Positions 1 through 10,172 of a stretch of 64,000 nucleotides of DNA are shown one piece after another. This stretch comes from an uncultured Gemmatimonadaceae bacterium (lineage in GTDB: Bacteria; Gemmatimonadota; Gemmatimonadetes; Gemmatimonadales; Gemmatimonadaceae): assembly GCA_963751275.1 (NCBI GenBank), contig CAVVTZ010000007.1:608001-672000 (forward strand), read 5' to 3'. The position numbers were made by a program, and so were the translations under genes. Each line of letters begins with the position of its first letter. The first letter of the stretch is position 1. The notes under the pieces are model-generated. The model was not told the DNA's origin. It was given only the letters and a program-made list of their open reading frames with translations, and searched no databases.

Positions 1-1
1 G

Positions 2-586
2 CGCGTGTCGCAATACTCGAGAATCATCGCGCGCGCCATTGGCATCGGAGGTGCGGAGCTAGAACGAATCTCGGTAGTCGCTCTTCTTCACGACGTCGGC
101 AAGATTCACGAAATCTACGCGCCCATTCTGCGGAAGCCGGAGAAACTCAGTCCAGCAGAATGGTCGGTAATGCAGACGCATCCTATCAAGAGTTCGGAGT
201 TGGTCGCGACGGTTTCGCATTTGAAAGACATCGTTGCGCCGGTGCGGCATCATCATGAGAACTGGGATGGCACTGGATACCCTGACGGATTGCAAGGCGA
301 GCAGATTCCGCTCGGAGCGCGCATCGTCTTGTTTGCTGATACCATAGATGCGATGACGACTGATCGCCCGTATCGAAAGGCGCTATCTGAGGCGCAGGTC
401 CGGTCTGAGCTCGTGAAATTCCGCGGGAAGCAGTTCGATCCTGAGATGTGCGACAAGCTTCTCGCAAGTCCAATGTTTGGCCTCCTGTTCGCTCCGCATG
501 CGCGTGAGTCGACCCCCGAGCAGGGCATGCCAGTCACCGCCGGCGGAAATCGGGGAGGTTCGCCCCCCTTGAGGTCGGCGCGATAG
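2..586 (+). CDS. HD-GYP domain phosphodiesterase (c-di-GMP PDE family), 5'-truncated by window edge
   Basis: HDVGK, HHENWDGTGYPDGL and DAMTTDRPYR motifs; frame is open to the window start; lower GC than the rest of the window. Confidence 0.9.
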   Translation, partial: RVSQYSRIIARAIGIGGAELERISVVALLHDVGKIHEIYAPILRKPEKLSPAEWSVMQTHPIKSSELVATVSHLKDIVAPVRHHHENWDGTGYPDGLQGEQIPLGARIVLFADTIDAMTTDRPYRKALSEAQVRSELVKFRGKQFDPEMCDKLLASPMFGLLFAPHARESTPEQGMPVTAGGNRGGSPPLRSAR

Positions 587-600
587 CGGCATTCCGCTTG

Positions 601-3600
601 CTAGGCCAGGCTCTTCTCGTGGCGATGTGTACGCGCCCGCTTATCCGCATCAGCCAGAAGGCCCCGACCAAGCTCGACAGTTCCAACTAGCCTTCCTACT
701 CGTAGACTCAGCTGCGAGAGTATTGGGCCGCGCTCAAACCGAAAGTTCGTTACGTACTCATTCCAGAGCGCAACGAATCTCGGAAGTTCTCCCCGCCTCT
801 CAAATGCATATGAGAGTGCAAGAACGTAGAGATCGTGGTGCGCCATCTGCCGTGCCATGTGATGGATCCGGAGTAACTCATCAATCTCGGTGTTCGTCGG
901 ACACCATTGTTCCACAAGAAGACGTGCCAGTGTCCACGAACCTGTTCGGTGCGCCATTCCGCGCGGCCATTTCGCTTCGACAGACTCGAAGAGGCGTCGG
1001 AGCAGACTGATAGCGCTCGCGCCATCGCCCTCGAGTAGCGACAGCCGAGCCTCGTAGTCCAAGTCTCTAATCCGGTCCATGTCTACGAGGGTCGTTGAGC
1101 GCTGTCTCCAGGCAAGAAGGGATTTCCGTGCAGCTGCCGTGTCCCCGAGTGCCAATTGGTATTTCGCCCGAGACAACTGGTAGCGGTGAATGCCGTCAGG
1201 CAACCAGAGTTTTGTCGCGAGCAGTTCTCCGTCGTCAATCAAGTTGAAGAGGTCCGCGATATGACCGCCTAGGTAGAGACCTTCGGCACATTGCCCTATG
1301 GCGCGAATCAAATATCCGGGGTTTTCAGAACTCTTGAGAACACGCCGCAGATCCTGCGCAGCTTTCCCGCAGGCGGCCGCCGAGCCGAAGGACCCCTGAA
1401 ATATGATTTCCAACTCCGCGACGGCCGAGTCCTCCACCCCCGCGAAGAGTGGAGTCGTTGCCTCGAATATCTCGATCCCCTCTGTGCGAGCGAACAAATT
1501 ACTGGCAAGCTTCATCGCTATCGTTGCGGCCATCACCCGGAATGTGGGAGATGCGTCGGGATCCAACGCACAGGCACGGCTCTTGTCGAACCCCGCCCGC
1601 GATGGCCCGGTCGAGAAGTGCTCGGCATCGACCGCATAGAGAAATTCGGGCGTACAAGGCGTGCTGGCATTTGCTCCGGCTGTCTGAGTTCTTTCAAGCA
1701 TCGCGTAGATTTCGAGCAGCCGAGCATAGTCGCGAGTGGTATAGAGCGCGCCGATCAGGCGGCGCAGAAATCTCTCACGTACCACTTCCTGCTCAGGTTC
1801 GAGCGTAAGCGCATACTCCAGAATACGTATGGCGTCGAGCGGAATGCCCATCTTGATTGCTCGTTCGGAGCAGCGCTCCAGGAGCATGAGAGCCGCGTCA
1901 CGCTCACCGGCGTTCTCTCGATGCTTCGCACAATCGAAGAGGAGAGATGGATTTGAGCTCGCGTCGACCTCCCGTTCCAGCGTCTCCGCAGCATGACGGT
2001 GAAGCACACGTAGTGATAGTTGTGATATCTCGCTCAGTGCGGACATTCCGAGTAGGTCATGCCGGCAGAGCAGGTGGTCAGCCTCGGTGAGAATGAGCGA
2101 GTGTCGAGAAAGCTCATCGAGACTATCAAGGAGCGAAATCCTTCGCTCGTCGAGGACCGACTCGACGCGACGAAGCGTGGAATTCGATCCAAGTACTGCC
2201 GCTGCCTGAAGTACCCGCCGGGACAGCGGAGTGATATCTAGAAACCTCTCCGCAATCAGCTTCGTCAGGCTCGGTGGGGCCTGGAAGCGACCATCGGCAG
2301 TCGACGCTCGGCGGCCAAGTTCAATCAAGAAATAGGGATTCCCCGCGCTCGTGCGGACACACCAGTCGATGAAGTCCTCCTCGTTGGAGCGCTTCGCGGG
2401 GCCCACGTGGCCGAAGAGTTTGCGGCAGAATGCGGCGCTCAATGGCTGGAGTGGCATGGGCATGACTGCCGCGTCTTTCGGGATCGGGGTCGAGCCCTCC
2501 TCGGCGTCGCGCCGCGTCATCAGGACCAACACACCGGTCGTCGCAAGCTTCTTGCTCAACGCGGCCATCACATCCCAGCTCCACTCGTCCATCCAGTGGA
2601 TGTCCTCGATCAAGAGGATCACGCAGCTCTCGGTCGCCACGGCCGCAACGAGATCCACGATCGACAGCCTGATCCGCGCGAACAGATACTCCGCGTCCTG
2701 GCTCTCGGCGCTTGGCGTGGTCTGCTTGCAGTCGTAACTCGTCAGACGCTGCAGGTACGGAATTGAGTCGGGGTCGATGCCCACGGCGCCGGGCATCCGC
2801 CGGAGGGGCGGAACCAAATCACTCCACGCGCCCAATGGCCGGTGATCATCGTGCCGGCCCATGCTCGTGCGTGCGATCTTCGTTCCTTTCAACTCCGCGG
2901 CGCGCGTGAACTCGGTCACTAATCGCGTCTTCCCGATCCCCGGCGGACCGCTGATCACGAACGCGCTCCCGCGTCCCTCGCGCGCGTCCTTGAGCGCTGC
3001 GTCGAGCTTCGCCATCTCCTCCTCACGCCCGATCTGCGGCGGCTCGACTTCGATCACCGGCGGCACCGGATACAACTCGATGATCCGCTTCCGCAGCGCG
3101 AGCATCGGTTCGCGGATCTGCTTGCTCGCGGGACCGATCTCCGATGAATACCGGTCGAGCACGGCGATCGCCCGCGCCTTGCTGCCATCCATCGCGATGG
3201 ATTCCGCGTAGGCGAGAGTCGCGAGCTCGTTGAGCGGGTCCAGCTCCAGGCAGCGCATCGCCAGCTTCTCGGTCGCCTGCCAATCGCCCGCGGCGCGACG
3301 CTCGGTGATCGCGGCGCCGAGCCGGCGCCGGAGCGCCGCGTTCACTTGCGCACGCTGCTCCTCCACCCACGTGGTGAACGGGTCCGACACGCGCGGCATG
3401 TAGCCGGGCAGGAAGCCGCCCGGGATCCGCGTCAGCAATTCCTCGGTGGCGATGCCCGAGTCCTCATCGAGGAGATCGTCGAAATCCGTCGCGACGATCC
3501 CGTCAGGCAGCGTGATCCGCGCGCCGCTCGCCTCGATCGGCATGCCGCACGTGCGCAGGCGATAGCACATCTGCCGCATCGCGTGCGTGCCGTTGGACTC

Positions 3601-3765
3601 GGGTAGTTCAGGCCAGAGGGTCTCGGTGAACTTGCTGCGCTCCACTTTGCGCCGCCCCTCGACGGCCACGAACAGCGCGCTCGCGAACAGCATGCGCGCG
3701 TTCGGCGCGAGGCGCGTGGCGCCGATCGAGATCAGGCACTGGCCAAGACTCTGCAGATGGATCAT
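601..3765 (-). CDS. SARP/BTAD-domain transcriptional regulator with STAND-type AAA ATPase and helical (TPR-like) C-terminus
   Basis: N-terminal BTAD-like region (LELDPLNE); Walker A GPPGIGKT; Walker B ILLIEDIHW; GNPYF motif. Start taken at ATG 3765 (MIHLQSLG); alternative start 3807. Confidence 0.8.
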   Translation of the reverse strand: MIHLQSLGQCLISIGATRLAPNARMLFASALFVAVEGRRKVERSKFTETLWPELPESNGTHAMRQMCYRLRTCGMPIEASGARITLPDGIVATDFDDLLDEDSGIATEELLTRIPGGFLPGYMPRVSDPFTTWVEEQRAQVNAALRRRLGAAITERRAAGDWQATEKLAMRCLELDPLNELATLAYAESIAMDGSKARAIAVLDRYSSEIGPASKQIREPMLALRKRIIELYPVPPVIEVEPPQIGREEEMAKLDAALKDAREGRGSAFVISGPPGIGKTRLVTEFTRAAELKGTKIARTSMGRHDDHRPLGAWSDLVPPLRRMPGAVGIDPDSIPYLQRLTSYDCKQTTPSAESQDAEYLFARIRLSIVDLVAAVATESCVILLIEDIHWMDEWSWDVMAALSKKLATTGVLVLMTRRDAEEGSTPIPKDAAVMPMPLQPLSAAFCRKLFGHVGPAKRSNEEDFIDWCVRTSAGNPYFLIELGRRASTADGRFQAPPSLTKLIAERFLDITPLSRRVLQAAAVLGSNSTLRRVESVLDERRISLLDSLDELSRHSLILTEADHLLCRHDLLGMSALSEISQLSLRVLHRHAAETLEREVDASSNPSLLFDCAKHRENAGERDAALMLLERCSERAIKMGIPLDAIRILEYALTLEPEQEVVRERFLRRLIGALYTTRDYARLLEIYAMLERTQTAGANASTPCTPEFLYAVDAEHFSTGPSRAGFDKSRACALDPDASPTFRVMAATIAMKLASNLFARTEGIEIFEATTPLFAGVEDSAVAELEIIFQGSFGSAAACGKAAQDLRRVLKSSENPGYLIRAIGQCAEGLYLGGHIADLFNLIDDGELLATKLWLPDGIHRYQLSRAKYQLALGDTAAARKSLLAWRQRSTTLVDMDRIRDLDYEARLSLLEGDGASAISLLRRLFESVEAKWPRGMAHRTGSWTLARLLVEQWCPTNTEIDELLRIHHMARQMAHHDLYVLALSYAFERRGELPRFVALWNEYVTNFRFERGPILSQLSLRVGRLVGTVELGRGLLADADKRARTHRHEKSLA

Positions 3766-3919
3766 GACGTCCCCGCTGACTGCTGTGGAGCGCAACGCTG
3801 TGGTCATGGCGTCACCGAAGTGTCACGGGGAGCATTAAGGCAGACTTAGACGTTGGACTGAGACGGTAGACAGATACTGCTAACGCCTGGCCGAGTCCGC
3901 GAGTACTGTCGGGGTTTGT

Positions 3920-4423
3920 TCAGCCGGTGGAGCCCAAACCGCCTGAACGGTCGGTGCTCTTGCCGACCTTGCCCGGTTTCCATTCGGCGGTCTCATAGCG
4001 CGCGAGGACCGCCTGCGCGATGCGCTCGCCGTGGTCGATGCGGACGTCCTTCGTTCCCGAATTGCGGGTCATCACGAGCCACTCGTCGGGATAGTCGGCA
4101 TCAATGGTGCCGGGGGCGTTCGGCAAGGTGAGACCCTTCTTCAGTGCGGCGGAACTGCGAATCCTTATCTGCGCTTCGAAGTGCGAGGGCAATCGCGCGC
4201 GGAATCCCAGCGGCACGAGCGCGATCTCGCCGGGAGCCAACGTCAGCGCATCGTCGGCGCCGATCGCGCGCTCGGTCATGGTACCGCTCACGAAGACCTT
4301 CACGCTGCGGCCGCGCAGGCACGCGCTCAGGTCATAGCCGCTCGAGTCCGCCGTCGCGCGCGAGGGCATGCGCGCGTCCGCGTGCAGCGCTTCGAAGATC
4401 ACCACCGGTAACGAATCGGTCAT
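3920..4423 (-). CDS. dut: dUTP diphosphatase
   Basis: SGYDL, RSSAALK, GTIDADY and RSGGLGSTG dUTPase motifs. Confidence 0.92.
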   Translation of the reverse strand: MTDSLPVVIFEALHADARMPSRATADSSGYDLSACLRGRSVKVFVSGTMTERAIGADDALTLAPGEIALVPLGFRARLPSHFEAQIRIRSSAALKKGLTLPNAPGTIDADYPDEWLVMTRNSGTKDVRIDHGERIAQAVLARYETAEWKPGKVGKSTDRSGGLGSTG

Positions 4424-4479
4424 TCCACTCGTAGTGAGAGTCGCAAGCTTGGCCCCACCAGTGCGAACGGGTAACTTCC

Positions 4480-6261
4480 ATGATCAGTTCCACACACGAG
4501 TACCGCATGCCGCGCGACGACCGGCCGTTCAGAGACCGCGTCACACACAAACTGCCCCCTCATCTCGCCGGCTGGCAACTGCCATCCGACTGGACGTGGG
4601 GGAGCGACGGCGTCGAAGGCGAATACCGCCATTACCAGGAACTCGTGGACGGCCTGGGCCGCTCGCTCTCGCTCGTGAGCGTGCCGGACACCTCGCACGA
4701 AGAATGGCTCTTCTCCGAGGCGCGGCGCCTCGCGCACCTGAACCACCCGTCGATCCCCACCACGTACCACTACTGGGCGCGCCACGTGAACTCGCCGCGC
4801 GGCCCCGGCTATCTGCGCCGCTGGATCCCGGGCGAAACGGTGTTCGCGCAGCTCGAGCGCGCGGGCATCTACGACCTTGCCACCACGCTGCAGCTGCTGC
4901 GCAACATCGGCTCCGCCATCGCGTACCTGCACACCGCCGGCAGCACGCACGGCGCGGTGAGCGCGGAAACGTGCTGGGTGGCACCCACGGGACGCCTCTG
5001 GCTGCTGGGATGGGAATGGGCAATGCCGCGCGCCGAGATCCCGGACGGGCTCACGCCGTCGCGCCGCTACATGCCGATCCCGCCCGAATGGAGCGGCGAC
5101 GAGTGGGCGCCCACGATCGCGAGCGACCAGTGGCAGATCGCCGCCACGGCCTTCGCGACGCTCACCGGCGAGTATCCGCCCGAGGATCTGCCGCCGCTGC
5201 GGCTCGTGCGCCCCGATCTGCCCAAGAGCGTGAGCGACGTGCTCTCGCGCGCGCTCGCCAACTCGCCCGCCGACCGTTTCCATTCGGTGAGCGCAATGCT
5301 CCGCGAGCTCGACCGCGCGGTGGGCAGCCGCACGAGCATGTTCGTGAGCGGCGGCGTGGCGGCGATGCGCACGAGCGGCGACTCCGAAGAGGCGCGCCTT
5401 CGCTGGGCCACCGGCGAAGATTACGAAGTGATCGCGCGGCTCGGATCCGGCACCTTCGGCTCGGTGTGGCGCGTGCGCGACCTCACGCTCAATCGTGAAG
5501 TGGCGCTCAGAATGCTGCACCCGCACGTGAGCAGCGACGAGCAGGCGGTGCACCGCTTCCGGCGCGAGGCGCAGCTTGCCGCGCAGCTCGCGCACCCCGC
5601 CATTGTCCCGATCTTCGACTGGGACACGAACGGCGGCGTCTCCTGGTACACGATGGAGCTCGCCGAGGGCGGCTCGCTCTCGGATCTCGTGAAGCGCGCG
5701 GGCAAGCGCAGCGTGGAAGAGATCGCGCCGCAGATCGATTTCGTGCTCGACGGTCTCGCCGCCGCGCATTCGGCGGGGATCATCCATCGCGACTTGAAGC
5801 CCGAGAACATCCTGATCGACCGCTGGCGCCGGTGGCGGATCGGGGATTTCGGCGTGGCGAAGATCAGCGGCGAGGATCTCCTGCTCGGCACCACGGGCAC
5901 GCCGGAATTCGCGGCGCCGGAGCAGTTGCTCGGCGAGCCGCAGGGGCCGGCGGTGGACTGCTTCGAGCTCGCGGCGATCACGCTCTTCCTGCTCAGCGGC
6001 AAGGCGCCCTTCGGCAGTGGCGATGGCCGCGTGATCCTCGCGCGCATGCTCAAGATGGACATCAATGTCGACGGCATTCCGCCGGCGATCGAGGCATGGC
6101 TGCGCAAGGGACTCGCGCCGCGCCCCGAGGACCGGTTCACGGATGCGGGCGAGATGGCCGAGTCGTGGCGCGAAGCCGTGGACGCGACGATCGGCGACGG
6201 GATCCGCGCACCGTGGTGGCGGCGCTGGCTGGGCGCGAGCGATTCCGCGGCGGCCATGTGA
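4480..6261 (+). CDS. Tandem Hanks-type Ser/Thr protein kinase (degenerate N-terminal domain + canonical C-terminal domain)
   Basis: Second domain has [17 protein letters not shown] and GTPEFAAPE. First domain is kinase-like but has HGAVSAET and GWE at the catalytic positions. Confidence 0.85.
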   Translation: MISSTHEYRMPRDDRPFRDRVTHKLPPHLAGWQLPSDWTWGSDGVEGEYRHYQELVDGLGRSLSLVSVPDTSHEEWLFSEARRLAHLNHPSIPTTYHYWARHVNSPRGPGYLRRWIPGETVFAQLERAGIYDLATTLQLLRNIGSAIAYLHTAGSTHGAVSAETCWVAPTGRLWLLGWEWAMPRAEIPDGLTPSRRYMPIPPEWSGDEWAPTIASDQWQIAATAFATLTGEYPPEDLPPLRLVRPDLPKSVSDVLSRALANSPADRFHSVSAMLRELDRAVGSRTSMFVSGGVAAMRTSGDSEEARLRWATGEDYEVIARLGSGTFGSVWRVRDLTLNREVALRMLHPHVSSDEQAVHRFRREAQLAAQLAHPAIVPIFDWDTNGGVSWYTMELAEGGSLSDLVKRAGKRSVEEIAPQIDFVLDGLAAAHSAGIIHRDLKPENILIDRWRRWRIGDFGVAKISGEDLLLGTTGTPEFAAPEQLLGEPQGPAVDCFELAAITLFLLSGKAPFGSGDGRVILARMLKMDINVDGIPPAIEAWLRKGLAPRPEDRFTDAGEMAESWREAVDATIGDGIRAPWWRRWLGASDSAAAM

Positions 6262-6268
6262 GGAGCGC

Positions 6269-6658
6269 ATGACGAGACAGAACATCTCGAGCGGCACGCC
6301 GTGGGAGCCGAAGGTCGGCTACTCGCGCGCGGTACGGGTGGGGAACGTGGTGCACGTGTCGGGCACGACGGCCACGGGTGACGGCGGCACCGTGGTGGGC
6401 GCCGACGATGCCTACGCGCAGACGGTGCAGACGCTCAAGAACATCGAGAGCGCGCTGACGAAAGCGGGCGCGAAGATGACCGACGTGGTGCGCACGCGCA
6501 TCTACGTGACCGACATCTCGCGCTGGGAGGACATCGGCCGCGCGCACGGCGAGGTGTTCGGCACCATCCGCCCCGCGACCGCCATGATCGAGATCAGCCG
6601 CCTGATCAACCCCGAGATGCTCGTCGAGATCGAGGCGGAAGCGATCATCGAGCGCTGA
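6269..6658 (+). CDS. RidA/YjgF/UK114 family protein
   Basis: GYSRAVRVG...[19 protein letters not shown]...[16 protein letters not shown] before ATG 6269. Confidence 0.9.
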   Translation: MTRQNISSGTPWEPKVGYSRAVRVGNVVHVSGTTATGDGGTVVGADDAYAQTVQTLKNIESALTKAGAKMTDVVRTRIYVTDISRWEDIGRAHGEVFGTIRPATAMIEISRLINPEMLVEIEAEAIIER

Positions 6659-6664
6659 CGCTCA

Positions 6665-7051
6665 CTACGGCGCGGGTCGGAGCCGCGCCGTGAGATCCGT
6701 GGAGATCGCGCCGCCGCACGCGTTGGCCGCGACCATGACGGAGCTGCGCATCCAGGTGACGTAGCCGGTGTGCATCACCGTAACCGTATACCTGCCCGGG
6801 CCGACGTTACCGACGAGAATACTGTCCTGCGGCGCGAAGCCGTGTCGCAGACTGTCACTGACGGCGGTGGATTGCACCGTGCCGGTGGCGGTGTCGGCCA
6901 GCGGGCGTCCCGTCACCGAGTCGGCGACGCCCACGATGATGCCAGGCTGGTACGCTCCGGGCGTGGGAATGCAGTTCGCCGTGGGACTCGAACAGGCGAG
7001 CGCGCCGGCGGCGGCCAGGAGCGGAAGCGAGAACAGCGCGGAACGAGACAT
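6665..7051 (-). CDS. Small lipoprotein, carboxypeptidase-regulatory/PEGA-like beta fold; paralog of 7065-7460
   Basis: Lipobox ALAC; DSVTGRPL and GRYTVTV..GY motifs shared with the neighbour. Confidence 0.7.
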   Translation of the reverse strand: MSRSALFSLPLLAAAGALACSSPTANCIPTPGAYQPGIIVGVADSVTGRPLADTATGTVQSTAVSDSLRHGFAPQDSILVGNVGPGRYTVTVMHTGYVTWMRSSVMVAANACGGAISTDLTARLRPAP

Positions 7052-7064
7052 GCCGGCGATCACT

Positions 7065-7460
7065 CTACGGCGCTGGTTGGAGAGGCGCCCGCAGATCCAC
7101 GGTATTCAACTCGTTGCAGAAGCCGGACGGCGTCACCACGATGTTCGCGCGCGTCCAATCCTGATAGCCGGCGCGGCTGATCGTCACCCGGTAGGTGCCC
7201 GCGACGGGCCCGCCGAAGAGCACGCTGTCCAGCGCCGCCGCGCCATGGTAGAGCGAATCCGCCATGGTGTCGACCTGGAACGTGCCATGCCCGAGGCCGG
7301 CCAGCGGCGCACCGGTCACCGAGTCGACCGCCACCACACTGACGGCCGGCGTGTACACCGCCGAGCAGACGCCGAGCGGGGGGGCGGAGGTGGGACTGGA
7401 GCACGCGACCGCAGCCAGGGTAGCGGCCCATGCCAACGAACGCTGACGAGAATTGGACAT
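7065..7460 (-). CDS. Small lipoprotein, paralog of 6665-7051
   Basis: Lipobox AVAC; DSVTGAPL and GTYRVTI..GY; both proteins end in PAP-stop. Confidence 0.7.
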   Translation of the reverse strand: MSNSRQRSLAWAATLAAVACSSPTSAPPLGVCSAVYTPAVSVVAVDSVTGAPLAGLGHGTFQVDTMADSLYHGAAALDSVLFGGPVAGTYRVTISRAGYQDWTRANIVVTPSGFCNELNTVDLRAPLQPAP

Positions 7461-7530
7461 TCCGTGCGCCTCGCTGATTCGGATATCAGGTGTGCTACCC
7501 CGCGAAGCGTCCAAAGATCGGGCGCCTCCA

Positions 7531-7570
7531 CTCATCGAACCGGATCAGTTTCTCCGCCGTGATCCCATCG
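7531..7570 (-). repeat. Diverged copy of the moxR 3' end (7881-7920)
   Basis: 32/40 nt identical; encodes DGITAEKLIRFDE versus EGITVEKLIRLEE. Confidence 0.8.
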
Positions 7571-7658
7571 CCCCGCCACCGCGATGCTCGAGATCAGCCG
7601 CCTGATCAACCCGGAGATGCTCGTCGAGATCGAGGCCGAAGCGATCATCGAACGGTAG
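7571..7658 (+). repeat. Diverged direct-repeat copy of the ridA 3' end (6571-6658)
   Basis: 79/88 nt identical, offset exactly 1000 bp; encodes [32 protein letters not shown] with mostly synonymous changes. Confidence 0.92.
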
Positions 7659-7673
7659 AGGTTCCTCCGCCAT

Positions 7674-7877
7674 TGCAGTTCACAAGAAATCACCGATCTC
7701 GGTCTTCGCGTTGCGCCCTCGACGCGAGAGGCCGTTTCCGCGCATTCCGCGCATTCCGCGCAATCCGCGTGGAAGCAGTTGCTGTGTTCTTGACGACGCC
7801 ACGACAACCGCTTGCACGCGGATCACGCGAAATGCGCGGATGACGCGGAGACTGCAACTGCATTCTAGGTGAACTGC
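7674..7877. repeat. REP/MITE-like palindromic element with 9-bp internal repeats
   Basis: Terminal IR GCAGTTCAC...GTGAACTGC; inner imperfect IR ~7737-7786 / ~7800-7849 containing (TTCCGCGCA)x3. Confidence 0.7.
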
Positions 7878-8864
<987 letters not shown>

Positions 8865-8903
8865 TGAATTGACCGGCGTGAAGGTGGAACGGAGCGGCGG
8901 GTG

Positions 8904-9443
8904 CTACGGCAATACGAATTCTACCCGCTCTTCCACCGGATGGTTGCTGCTGCGCAGGCGCGAGACCGCGGTGAAGCGGCCGCTGTGGCCGGCGCCGTTC
9001 CAGGATTCGCCGAAGGTGATCGTCTCGCGCGAGGCGAGGAGGCGATTCTGCAGAGACTGCGTGAACATGCGGCCGGTGCCGGAGTTCCAGACTTCGCGGC
9101 CGGCGGAATCGACGACGCGGAACTCGTGCGTCTGTCCGGTGGGGAAGCGGATCTCCATGGCGCGGTCGTGGAGATTCGTGACGTGGAGCGTGAATTGCAC
9201 GCCGTCGCCGACGGAGACGCCGGTGGAGACGGCGAGGGCGTTGTCGCTCGAGGGGGCGGTGACGACGCTGGCGTCCTTCTGATCGGCGTCGTCCTTGTGT
9301 GACGCGCGCGGTCCGCACGCAAGGATCAGCGCGGCGGCAGCGGCGAAGAGCAGGAAGGGACGACCGATGGAACGAGACACGTGAGACCGCCGGAAATGCG
9401 ACGCCGAAAAACGATGACGCGAGAGGGACCGCGAAGTTAGCAC
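8904..9443 (-). CDS. Lipoprotein with BsuPI-like (intracellular proteinase inhibitor) domain
   Basis: ILAC lipobox; FPTGQTHEFRVVD..GREVW..GRMFTQ pattern; true start may be downstream of 9443. Confidence 0.65.
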   Translation of the reverse strand: MLTSRSLSRHRFSASHFRRSHVSRSIGRPFLLFAAAAALILACGPRASHKDDADQKDASVVTAPSSDNALAVSTGVSVGDGVQFTLHVTNLHDRAMEIRFPTGQTHEFRVVDSAGREVWNSGTGRMFTQSLQNRLLASRETITFGESWNGAGHSGRFTAVSRLRSSNHPVEERVEFVLP

Positions 9444-9552
9444 CCAAGAGACGAGCGGTCAAGATTGGCGTCACTGTAAGTGTTTGTGGCGTTGGATGTT
9501 GCTGGCGGTGTTTGTTCGCAACGGGGCGTGATGGGGTGCGACAGGACTTTGC

Positions 9553-9581
9553 TTGCGAAAAATTTCACAAGCGGGTAAATT
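9553..9581 (+). promoter_or_regulatory. Putative sigma70 promoter of atp operon
   Basis: TTGCGA-N17-TAAATT ending 10 nt before ATG 9592. Confidence 0.5.
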
Positions 9582-9591
9582 TCGCCGCGAA

Positions 9592-9825
9592 ATGAACGAC
9601 AAGCCGACTGGCGAGGGGGATCCGGCGGGCCGGACGGTGAATGGCGCGCAATTCGCCGGGATCGGCATCCAGTTCGTCGTGCTGGTCCTGCTCGGTCTGT
9701 ATGGCGGGAAATGGGTCGATGGGCGGCTGCATACGCCTCCGCTGTTCCTCGTGATCGGAGTCTTCGCGGGCGCGGGGGCGGGATTCTGGAACATGTATCG
9801 GGCACTGGCCGGGAACACCCGATGA
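9592..9825 (+). CDS. AtpZ/AtpI family small membrane protein
   Basis: G.W.D..L.TPP.FL.IG...G...GF motif; first gene of the atp cluster. Confidence 0.8.
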   Translation: MNDKPTGEGDPAGRTVNGAQFAGIGIQFVVLVLLGLYGGKWVDGRLHTPPLFLVIGVFAGAGAGFWNMYRALAGNTR

Positions 9826-10172
9826 TCCGGCCGATCGTGCTCTTCTCGGCGGCGTCGCTGGCGCTGATCGCGATGGCTGGAGCGTTGCTCGGGTTGGCCT
9901 GGCCGGATCCGGCGTCGCGGCATGCGGTGTTCGTGAGTGCGGTGGTCGCGCTGGTGGTCCAGCTGTTCGCGTTCGCCGTGGTGAAGCTGGCTGCCGGTAC
10001 GAACATGCTCGCCGGATGGGGCATGGGGATGCTGTTGCGGTTCGTGGTGCTGGTGGCGTACGGCTTCGTTGGCGCTCGCGCGCTGGGATTGCCGATGGCC
10101 CCGGCGCTGATCAGTCTGGTCGCCTTCTTCTTCCTGACGTCGCTCCTGGAACCGGTGCTGCTCAAGACATGA
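9822..10172 (+). CDS. ATP synthase subunit I-like membrane protein
   Basis: Four hydrophobic helices; ATGA overlaps on both sides; lies directly before atpB. Confidence 0.65.
   Translation: MIRPIVLFSAASLALIAMAGALLGLAWPDPASRHAVFVSAVVALVVQLFAFAVVKLAAGTNMLAGWGMGMLLRFVVLVAYGFVGARALGLPMAPALISLVAFFFLTSLLEPVLLKT

Noticed and set aside
6571..7658. ridA 3'-end repeat as attL/attR of an integrative element or a DGR template/variable pair
   Set aside because: No integrase or reverse transcriptase in the window; mismatches are mostly synonymous and not adenine-specific; the second copy is fused to a moxR fragment.
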